A stretch of DNA of 64,000 nt. It comes from Hydrolagus affinis. Lineage: Eukaryota. The position numbers and the translations under genes are program-made. Location of the stretch: the NCBI GenBank assembly GCA_012026655.1, contig JAAILG010000173.1, positions 1-64,000 of the forward strand, given 5' to 3'. This document shows positions 12,401 to 24,400 of this stretch, piece by piece; position 1 is the stretch's first letter, and the number at the start of each line of letters is the position of its first letter. The notes beneath the pieces were generated by a model that saw nothing but the letters and a program-made list of their open reading frames with translations, made no database searches and was not told the origin of the DNA.

Positions 12401-15400
12401 ACAATCCAGTCATGTAGTGACTTCATGATTTGAGTTCATAAAACAAAAAGCAATATAAAATGGTGTTATTTCCTACGTGTACAAGCGCTCAGGAAGCCGA
12501 TCATTCATCAGCAGAAGTGTGTCACGTTTTCAGTATAGCTCGGGTTCATGGTAGACCCACATTATACCGGGGCAGTTTTTAACTAGATGGAACTATATTG
12601 CTTTCATCACCTACTTCCCCCAGTTTATACTGTAGCGGCAGTGATGCTAACGAAATAATTAAAAGGTTGCTGAGTAGGTTTGAACAGAGCCAAGTGAGAC
12701 TTAATTAAGCAGTATTGTTCTGAAAGCCTGATGGGTCTTTAGTGGTGTAAAAACCAAAGAACTGCATAGATATGCTCACGAGGTCATTGAAGGGCAAGTG
12801 TGTAGCTGATTACCAAAGCCCTGAGGTCATTCAGTGAGCCAACCATGCAGAAAGGAAACTAATAGTATGGAACGATGAAAGGGTAGCTCAGTCCACTGAT
12901 GATTGAAATTCAAGTCAGTGCAATTCCATATGGGTCCTTTTTTGTTTCTGTATCACTGGAGCTAATACAATCCTATTCAATATAGGTGCTTCTTAATAGA
13001 AAATGGATTATGCAATTTTAACTGTTGGCTGTGGGTGATTGTTGATTTTTCAAAATGCATCCTCTGTGGTACAACCTTATTGTACTTTTAAAAAAAAAAT
13101 TAATTCTGTTCCTGTCGGTAATTAGATCAACAGTAGTTTTAATTGCTCAGTGATGAGCAAAATCTTATAGACTGTCAGGTGTTAAAAGTATGACAGTTTT
13201 TCAGGACTAAGTCATACACTCCAAAAGTTACATTCTAATTTCAGCGAGTGAAAGATTAGGATTGTATAAATGGTTTCAGCACTCCTGAGTTATAAAGAGG
13301 GGTGGGGGTGAAGAAATCAACCAGAGTTCCTGTTCTTGATCACTATCCAATAATCTCTGCTGGAAAGTGCATGAGTGATGTCCTATTGCAACTAGTTTGG
13401 GTTCAGCTCTGGCGCCTTCCACAGCCTGATAGCCCACTAATATTCACTGTAAAGGCTCACACGTGAAGGTTGGTTACTTGGGTATGTTCTGAAAGAACAC
13501 TCTCTGTCTATAATGGTACTCAGCATGAATCAGTGTAACAGGTAGTGTCCGGCGATATATTGGTATAATTTTTCATATCGGTATGCCGATATTGGAAATT
13601 TGAATATATCGGTATATCGAAAAATTTGGTATAAAAAAAATGGTATATCGCAAATATTGGTATATCGTGTCCATCGATGTATAATGTGAACTTTTTCAAC
13701 TTACCTTGTCGCCGGCATTGCAAACCTCCTGGGCCTAGAGCACAGAACGCGCGCGCGCACCTCCGAATGTGCGCGCACCTCCGAATGCGCGCGCATACAC
13801 AGGATAAAGAAACCCGGCGATATCGATACGAGCCCACCAATATATCGATATTGGAAAATTTTTATATTGACGGACCCTAGTAACAGGATTGTAGTAAAGG
13901 TGACTTAAGAGTTAACTAAAGAAAAGTAGAAGTCAAGTCATTGTGCAGTGATTTGTTTCACTGTAAAATTGTTTGAGTCAAATTAAAAATATGCATTTTC
14001 TGTTCAACTATTTTATACACCTCACCCCACAGAGACCTGAAATATAATGAAATATCTTGGACTATTGAGGATATGAATGGGGCGTTCTCTGCATTAAGCA
14101 ATCTGAGGAAGTTGTAAGTATTTTATTGGTTTCTTCTGCATACATCATGGTCCAATACCTTGAATGTAAGGGAATTGTTTTTTTTAAAAAGCAACAGTGA
14201 CATTTTTATAGTACCCATTCAATGTAAACATCTCAAAGCACTTCACAAAAATGGAATGTGAGCCTGAGCTAAGAGAGAGAAAAGAGTGGTTAGTAGGGAG
14301 ATAACCGAACCAGGTCAATCTTTTGACTGAATTTGAAACGAAGAGACAAGGTAGAGGTGATCTCAGAAGAGATTTCTAGAGATTCGGGCCTCCGAATGGT
14401 CACCTGCTGAAGGTGATAACGAGGTACGAAGCAGGCAGGATGTGGCTGAGTGAAGTGAATACCTGGGGGAAGTAGTTGTAGGAGACTGCAGAAGTAGGGT
14501 AGTTGGAGACATTTGAAGGTATGAATGCGGATCTTAAAGCCACTCTGGAGGGGCACAGGGTAAAGTCAGACAGCATGGGGATAATGGCATTTCAGAGCCT
14601 TGTGTGGAAGAGAATGTGGGCTGTAACATTTTAGCTGAATACATTGCCATAGTCAAAAAAAGCAGGACTATACATATAACATAAAAATGTATCACACCCA
14701 ACTGACTGAATTCTGCAGATTTTTAATTTCAGAGTTGTCAGTATTCTTGTGATTCTTGGCAAAGTGTTAGTTATTTTTTCAATGGTTTCTTTTGAGATTG
14801 AGTGTGCTTGAGAACATGAGCCCCATTAGAAAGCGATTTTTATACGACCCAGAAGTTCGATTTACCTGCAATATTGAACAATTGCAAGTCCTACTTAATT
14901 TATTTTCAAAGTTATTCAAATGCACTATATGGATTATTGTTAAACCTGAATTAAATGCTTCTATTCCAGAGGACTACAAGGGAACCGAATCCGTTCAATC
15001 ACAAGAAAAGCCTTTTCTGGCCTTGATGCACTTGAACACCTGTAAGTATCCTATAATTTTATGCAGCTTCATCTAGTTAAATCATTAATATTTCATGAAA
15101 ATTAATATGTCAATGATTTTGAATGGTTGACTTGCTCCAGAATGCTTGATCAGTTCTGTTGAATAGCCAGTAAAGGTTGGGAGGTAAGTGATTTTCATAA
15201 AGAATATAGATGGTATTGAAAATGAGTCTAGAGATGAATTACTGAGCACTTACCTAAAGAAGTATGGTTTAATTGTTTTCTTTGGCCTTTACAAAAGATG
15301 TAAAGCGGTGATTAATGGGCTTCTATGGAGCAAGCAACGTTTACTGACCTTTGGAGCACATTGTTACTGTTTGATCAACCATTGCAGGACCTGATTAGCT

Positions 15401-18400
15401 TAATAAAAAATGGGTAAAGTTATGATAGTTGTATAAGAAAGTTAAAAGGTTACTTGTAATACATCAAGTGTTTATGTTGAAGGTGGTCACGGACATTTTA
15501 TTTATTTTATATGCTTGTTTGCAGGGATCTGAACAATAATGCCATCATGTCTGTTCAAAGCAATACCTTTTCTCAAATGAAGAAACTTCGTGAATTGTAA
15601 GTACTCATTGGCCTGAAACAGAGTTACAATTGCATTTTGAATTAAGTTGTAGATGTTGGACCACTACAAGAGAAACAATTGACATTCATAACTTCTTTCA
15701 CATCAGAAGCATGAGGCTCCGCAACTACCTCACCCCCCATGCTGCCGAAACACTCGTGCACGCATACATCATCTCACGGCTGGACTACGGAAACTCTCCT
15801 CGTCGGCCTCCCCAGTTCCTCCATTCACAGGCTGCAGGTCATCCAAAAGTCTGCAGCCCGTGTACTATCCCGCACCCGCCTTTGCGACCACATTACCCCC
15901 ACCCTCGCCCATGTCCACTGGCTCCCCATCCTCCAGAGGATCGAGTTCAAGATCCTCGTCCTCACTTTCAAGGCCTTACATGGCCTTGCCCCGCCCTACT
16001 TAACCGACTTACTTTCCCCCTATAAGCCCATCCGGACCCTCCGTTCAGCAGGTCTTGGCCTGCTCCAAGCCCCCTGCCCGAACCGCCCCACCATTGGAGG
16101 CCGAGCTTTCAGTTTTTCCGCTCCCACCCTGTGGAATTCCATCCCCCAATCCCTCCGTCTTGTTTCTTCCCTTTCTTCTTTCAAAGCCGGTTTGAAGACT
16201 TTCCTCTTCAACCGTGCCTTTTGTTCCCCCCCGAATTTTTCGACCTCCCCTACGTGTTTCACCCCTTCCCGAACACCCCCCTCCCAGCTCGGGTCACACG
16301 CCTCCTATGCAGCGCCTTGGGACGCCCTCCCAATGTGAAAGGTGCTTTATAAGTTTAAGTTGTTGTTGTTGTCTCAAAAAGTGCTGTTCAAAGCAAATTG
16401 GGAGCCCATACTGAAGGTGGGTTTGTGGGGAGAGGTGGCCAAAAGTGCACTAGAAAATAGTGTGTTTGCAGAGTGAGGTAGGCAAGGTGGAGGAATGCAA
16501 GCACAGAGTTCCAGAGAGTGGAACAGAATGATTGAAAGTTTGCCCACCAATGGGGGACAGAATGAGCAGGGGGCCATGAAGCAATCTGGTGTTTGATGAA
16601 TGAACGGAGCATCCAAAGCATTAAAGTCTCAGAAGTTTGCAGCGGTAGGGAAGGGGTGAGCTGGAGTGTTTTGAATACAAGTAAATGATCTTAAGCTCAA
16701 AGCACAGGAACCAGAAGATCTCGGTGAGAATGAAGTCTTGCGAAGCCTTGGGCTGCAGATTTCTGGATGGTGCTCAACTTATGCAAGCAGGAGCTTAGGA
16801 GTCCAGCAAGCAAAGTGTTGAAATAAATTAGCCAGAATGTAATGAAGTTATACCTGCCTGAAATATCTGCACAAAGATATTGGCAGGCCTGAGGGAGGGG
16901 TAATCATAGAAGTGAGTGATTTTGTGGTTTGAGTCCGGATGTATGATTCTAGGGCAGTTGGAAATTTAACATGACACCAAGTTCTGCATTGGATCTTTGA
17001 GTTTTGAGTAAGCATCCATGTTGAGAAGGCACTAATGAGGGCCGAGCAAGAGAGTCTTGGTAGCGGTGATATTTAACGGAAGAAAGTTAAAACTGATCCA
17101 GTACTTGATATCTGGCTGACAATTAGTCAGACCAGTCATTGGCTCTGGAATCGAGAGACGAGGTAAAGATAGTGCTTTGGACTTTCATAAGGAAGAGCGA
17201 TATCTAACGATGGCACTAACTTGTAATGTTTAAATGCCATGTGCAATTCATGTGCGATCTCTCCCGATTTTAACATTCTTTTTGAGTTTCTGTGAGTTTT
17301 ATTTTGTGTCTCTGAATATTTATTTCCCTTCAGCCATTTGAACACCTCTAGTCTTCTGTGTGATTGCCAGCTAAAGTGGCTGCATGAGTGGGCGGCAGAC
17401 AATCGGCTTCAGCCATTCATTAACGCTAGTTGTGCTCATCCTCCATGGCTAAAAGGAAAAAGTATATTTGCCACCAAACCAGAGGACTTTGTATGTGGTG
17501 AGTTTACAAGATCAAAATATCACATCATTCAGCCATGATGCCAAGAGTATTTACACTTACTTTTAAAATTTAAATTGTATGTATTACATCTTGTGTTAAT
17601 GAAATAATGAAGTTATTTCTACAAAACTAGATTTACTCCAGCAAATCTCGAGGGTTTTTTTTAAATCAAGATGAAACTTTTACATTTGTTCACAGATGAT
17701 TTCCCTAAACCAGAAATCATTGAGCAGCCAGAAACCCAAGCAGCAGTGAAGGAATCCAATGTGACTTTCATCTGCTCAGCAGCCAGTAGCAGTGATACGC
17801 CAATGACATTTGCCTGGAAGAAGGACAATGAATTGCTGCCTGATGGTGAAATCGAGAACTATGCACACCTCCGTTCCCAAGGTGGCGAAGTTATGGAATA
17901 CACTACAATCCTACGCCTCCGACATGTTAATTTCAGTAGTGAAGGGAAATATCAATGTGTGATTTCCAATCACTTTGGTTCATCATATTCCAACAAGGCC
18001 AAGCTGACTGTGAATAGTACGTATCATGTTATTAAGAGATCTATTAACTGACTTTTAATGAAAGAATATTAATGATTTGAAATGCCAGAAAGTTTTAATG
18101 TTTATTCTCCGAGTAGCTATTACTTACTCTATCTTACTTCAAGTTATTCCCCAAACTTTGTCCGAGAGAGTGTTTTAAAAAACAAAAAAAAATCATTTTC
18201 CTATCTTGGGTGTACTTTCTAATTTTATCGCCACCAATGTGGCCACCAATGGCTTCGCCTCCAGCCCCTGCACTGTCATCTGTGGCGTACCCCAGGGCTT
18301 TGTCCTTGGCCCCCTACGTTTTAACATCTACATGATTGGTGAACGTAGACACAACGTCAACGTCCACATGTATGCGGATACCACCCAACTTTCTTTCTGC

Positions 18401-21400
18401 CTCTACTCTCAATTCCAGGACCACAACTGTCCTGACACATTGCCAGTCAGACATCAAGTCCTGGATGAGAGCTAACTTTCTACAGTTGAATGTCAACAAG
18501 ACCAAAGCCCTCCCTCCTCACGCCAGCACCTTCACACATCTGGCACTGGCTTTATCAACCTCCATGGTTGCACACTCCACCTCACCAAGTCAGTCAGGAA
18601 TCTATGTGTCTTGTTCGATCCTCAACTGTCTTTCGTCCCCCACATCCAAGCCATGACCCATTCTGCCTTCCTTGCAGCTCTGTAACATTGCCCGACTCCG
18701 CCACTGCCTCCCTCTCAGGCCGCTGAAACCCTCATTCATGCCTTCATCACATTCAGGCTCGACTATGCCTACTTGTTGGCCTTCCCAATTCCTCCCTCCA
18801 TAGGTTGCAGATGATCCATTCCTCTGCAGCCCATGTCCTCTACCGCTCTAAGCTCTGTGACCTCATCTCACCCAACACCATTGGCTCCCCATCACCCAGA
18901 GGATTAAATTCAAGATCCTGGTCCTCTCCTTCAAAGCCCTCCACAGTCTCCCCCCACCCTAGCTTGGTGACCGAACAACCTGTCCAATCAGCGGGCTACG
19001 GCCTGCTCATGTGCCCTGACCTACCCGCCCCACCATCAGCGGGGGAGCCTTTAGCCATTCTGCACCTAACCTCTGGAGTTCCATCCCGCAGTCCCTCTGC
19101 CCTACGCTTGGCCTCCTTCAAGTCCTGCCTCAAGACCTTCCTCTTCGACGGTGCCATCACCCCAAATCCTCTCCTTTCCCTCAATTCTCCCCGATCCTGA
19201 TCCTAGCTCAGGTCTCAAACATTGGCTGCCCAGCGCTTTGGGAAGTCCTCCCGACGTGAAAGTCGCTTTACAAATGTAATTTTGTTATTATTGTTGTTAA
19301 CCGTATCTGACAATTATATATTTAACTTATTGTTTACCCTGATCATATTGTTAGTTGTCTATATGATGTAAAAATACTATGAAGCCACAGAGAAGCATTT
19401 AATTAAAATCATTGGTAATAACTCCAGGGTTTATTATTTCCTGTGACAGTTTTGACAAGTGCTGTCTAAGCAAGGGCCACTTTTCATGCTCCTCGACCTG
19501 TATATTTTAAATTGCTAATTTCCTTCTGCCTTTGGTTCGCTGGATGCAGAAAGATGATATTCCATGAATCCACAGAAAATTGGCGGCATCCATAATGAAT
19601 CTAACCTATTATTGCATAACTGTAGCAGTGGTCGAGAGCAATGGCTAAATGTAAAGTCATTATCTTTCCATTCCCCTTTGCAGCGGGTTGTTCAGATTTG
19701 TCAGTTCATTTCTCTTGTGGGAGCTTTTACCTAAGTAGTTACATAGCACATACTTCTTTCAACACTGCCAAGAGCAGTGATATCTGCAGGAAATACAGAG
19801 GAGGTATCAGGTGGAAATAAAATGCAATCATGGGTATCTCCATGTAGGACAGGCTTTTTCTGTGGTTGAAGAACTTGGGGTTGTATATCGAATACAGAAA
19901 AATGTTGACATTGATTAAAAATTTCCAATTACTTTGTGTCTTTTTAGTGTTGCCATCATTCACAAAGTCTCCGACAGACCTAACCATACGAGCAGGAGCC
20001 ATGGCCCGTTTGGAATGTGCAGCAGTTGGTCACCCAATACCGCAGATAGCCTGGCAAAAAGACGGTGGAACAGATTTCCCTGCTGCACGAGAGAGACGCA
20101 TGCATGTTATGCCAGAGGACGATGTGTTTTTTATTGTGGATGTGAAAATAGAGGACATTGGAGTCTACAGTTGCACAGCTCAAAACAGCGCGGGAACCAT
20201 TTCTGCTAATGCAACACTAACTGTACTAGGTATGTTCTAACCAAATGCATTGGAATCACTTTATAAAACGTTAGCTGGGGGTCCATAAAATTCTAATCTG
20301 TCTGATAAGGCTGTAGTACTTTTTTTTACTGCTCATGGTACTGCTTCCAATTTGCTTTCTGTGCTGCATTGGTCAACTTCTGGGTCATTAGCTTGTCACC
20401 GCAGCACATTGGTTTGTGCATCTGCAGCAACAGAATTGTTGGCAGTGACTTTTAAATGGGACCATTTTTAGCAGAGGAGCCAGTCAAAGGGCAGGAAGTG
20501 AACCGGTTGCTGTGAATCGAGTCTGCTGCTCATTTGCATTCTAAATGAAGCAGTGCTGAATAAACCAAGCACTTTATTGAGGAGATGCTCTTTATTCTCA
20601 CGCAACAAAATTAAATGTGATTTTAAAAACAAGGATCCTGTTTCCAACACCCTAATAACTACAGATTTGTTGTTCTAAATTATCTTGGAAACTGCATTTT
20701 GATTACTTACACAACCATCACTGCTGGGTGAAAAAATCTTATTTTGTGAATTTCAGAAGGTAACTGACTATAAAAATATTATTAGAAAAGAAACCTGCAG
20801 TTAATGTGATATGAAATATTATCAACCTGATTAATTATTTTTAATCCAGAAACGCCGTCTTTCGTACGACCGCTGGTTGACAAAACAGTAGGAAAAGGTG
20901 AAACTGCAGTCCTGCAATGCATAGCTGCTGGGAGCCCTCCTCCAAGATTGAACTGGACTAAGGATGACAGTCCTCTGACTGTGACCGAAAGGCATTTCTT
21001 TGCTGCTGGCAACCAGCTGCTGATTATTGTAGACAGCAGCATAGAGGATGCTGGAAAATATACCTGTGAGATGTCCAACACTCTTGGAACCGAGAGGGGC
21101 AATATTCTCCTCAACGTCATGCCCACGCCAAACTGTGATTCTACCCAGAGTGCTACACCATTTGAAGAGGATGGGTGGTCCACCATTGGGATTGTAATTA
21201 TAGCTGTAGTGTGCTGTGTAGTTGGCACTTCATTGGTGTGGGTGGTGATTATTTACCATACGAGAAGGAAGAGCGAGGATTGCAGTGTAACAAACACAGG
21301 TAAGAGAAGGCTTACTATTCTGTAACTCTTAAACTTGTACCATATGAATCCTTCCTCAAATATTTTAAAGACGAAGAATATGAGCAAAGTTATTCTTTTG

Positions 21401-24400
21401 GTTCAATTCATCCCGGTTTCCCTATTTTCTCTCCTCCCGTTTTATTTGTGAAAATTCTGCTCTGTCTCACAAAAATAACTTATTCCTCGATACGCACATT
21501 TTATTCTTTTTTTTGTAACATATTTCACACTTCTGGGGCTTTTGAAATGATAGTGATGGTTACCATATTTACCCAAGTAAATTGCCCAATCTTTGCCTGA
21601 GTCTAGCAAACTTTGCAGCACATTTCTGTCTATTGCAGAGCAGATGTCAGCAAGAGATAGACCTTGGTCTTTTTTCACCAAGCAAATTCTTATTCTAACA
21701 TATCTGAGTTAGTGTTTTTTTTAAAGTATACCGTTTCTTTATTTTTTCTCATTAAGATTGTACACCATATTTCTCTTACCTAAATTGTAAAACAAAGCTG
21801 CTGTATTGCAAAATTGAATATGCCACATTTATCTGAACCGTTTGTACATTTCAATGATGACAATGCTGCTAAATGTATATACAAACTGATTGCAAATTGG
21901 CTTGCAAGGTGATAATCTATCACAGCTGTAGCTTCTTCTCGGTTGCATTTTCCCACCTAACCATAAAATAGTTTTGTGAATCGTATTTTCTGAAGAGAAT
22001 TGGGAGAATATGATGTAGTTTATATATTTTTTAATAAGATGGTACATATGTTTGTATTCTACAGAGGTTTGTAGAATGATAAATTATTCAGTACTTAATC
22101 CAAGTTAATTTTGTTCCGCAGATGAGACAAATTTGCCTGCAGATATCCCAAGCTACTTGTCATCCCAGGGAACACTATCAGATCACCAGGAAGGGTATGG
22201 CCGATCTGAAGCTGGAAGTCACCACCAACTTATGAGTGCGTCAATGAATGGGTATTTGCTTCAACACAGAGGAAGTGATGGTAAGCATTTAGAAATAATT
22301 TGTATAGAAAGGTTTGAGAGATGCTGGAACTAACTGACTCCACTTGCTTTGTAACTCCTGACATGAAAGGTATTATATAAATGCAATGTGTTGTTACTGC
22401 ATTTTCAATTTTCACAGTGCTATTTGTGAACTGGTGCTGTTTTAACTTGTGTGTTTTGCTCACAGCCAAACTTGTTAACCAGGCTCTATCTCAACTGTTC
22501 CAGTTGTGCATTTTATCTTTATTATGTTCATACTTGAACATCACTGAGTAGAGTCTGGAGGAGAAAAAAGTGAGGAACCATCAGGCTTCTCTGTGGTTTT
22601 CTTTAGAAAGTTTCCTTGACCAAAGACTATTTAAAATAGACAAAACTTTTACAGATTAATTTGATCAGTAAATATTTTTGTTTTGTTAAAGCTCTTTGTC
22701 ACTTGGACAACGGAAGTGATACTGATCTGGAAGCTATGGCTGATCCCCTGGTTTATCATGACCAGGACCGAACAGGGTCTATGTACATCGGACACATTTT
22801 GTATGATACTGACACATTGGAAGGTATCTGTCGTGAAGGTACGTGTATGCTGGATGCGTTTGCTACTTTGGTGTAGAATATATCCGAGGAACATGCCAAA
22901 ATAACCCCAACACCGGAAATAGTGGAAATTTTGTCGATCTCTGCATATGCATCAAGCTCATGTTAGTATTGCAGAGTTCTGTAACACATTGATTTAAGCA
23001 AGAGGACCTAGGTTTGATTCTGTGGCAGTGTGAAAAGTTGGGATGTTTCCTTGCCTCCTTTTACCTAGCAGTGAGTAGGAATCTGGTTGTTAGTCAATTG
23101 GCGGATTGATTTTCTGGAGGGGATAATAATCCCTTCAAAATAAAAATGAAGATGATAATTTAGTCGCTTAATCCATGACTGCTTGTGGGACACTGCTGGG
23201 CGCAATTGGCCTTCACTTTTCACAATAGACTACATGGAGCAACTACTCTATCAAAAGTAACAAGGCTTTCTGCAGCATCCAATCAATTAGCACTCAGATA
23301 GTGTTAAAATTAGGGTCACTTTACAATGATGTATACAGTAAAAGCCCGTTTATCCGGCACCCTCGGGACCTGGCCAATGCTGGTTAAACCGCGTGCTGCC
23401 GAAAAACCAGCACACAAAAAATTAACTTTTTTTAAAACAAATTACAATTTTTTTAAACATACCATATTAATAATAGACTAAATAATAACTGAATATTGTA
23501 TGGATACTTACCAATAAAGCAATAAATATCGATTACAGTCTTTAAACACAGCACAAAATCAAGGGGTACTCTTTTTCCTTTCTTTCTCTCCCTCCTTTCC
23601 TCTCTTTTACTCACACTCAGTCAGTCTGGCATCTCAATGGCTCCAAATCTAACCCCCCCTCCACTCTTCTCATTTTCCATCTAAATTAATCACTCACCAC
23701 CTCCTCTCCCCCATCTCTTTTCCCCATTCTCTGTCTTACCCCCCACTCCCACCCTCTCTCTCTCAAACCCGGAAGAACACTACCGGCAGCATTCAGAGCT
23801 AATCATACTGTGTGGGAAAAGTAGGGCAGCGCCACCTTCAGGCACTAGTAGCAGCATTCCGAAATACCGATATTAGGGGACAAGAATGCGCCACAGCTAT
23901 TGTGCCGGATAAGATCCAGTTAATCGAATGGGGACCTTTTTTTTTGAGGTGCCGGTTATACGGAAGTTACAGTTGATCGGGTCACGGATAAACAGGCTTT
24001 TATTGTATTATGTCTTAACCTGAAAATCCAATAAATACCACCAACCGAATAATGCCTGTATGTTCAGAGTGAGAGCTTAATTATTGCTATCTAAGGCATC
24101 CCATGTCACTCATTGATGCTTCTATGCTTCAGACTATTCTGTGGTATTCAGCGATCAGCTTTGCTTACTTTATGTCTAAAATAGTGGCACCTTTATAGAT
24201 TGTTACATTGGTCTCATAAGAGTAAATAACAAATGAGGACAAACTGAACTCTAGTTCTTTAAAACCACTGAAACGAGAACACGGAGCAGGATTGCAATTT
24301 AACATTTCCAAAATGTCCTGAATTTCGATTGAAAGTGGCAATAGGTTTCTGGAATTAATAATTAATTCACATATGGCATTTATTTCATGTTGAAATTGAG

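Noticed and set aside
15739-16338. 199-aa ORF, the longest in the track
   Set aside because: C-terminal part of L2 ORF2, 5'-truncated and frameshifted. Not a host gene.
20782-21228. 148-aa antisense ORF
   Set aside because: Shadow of LRIG3 exon 15 on the opposite strand, with no independent evidence.
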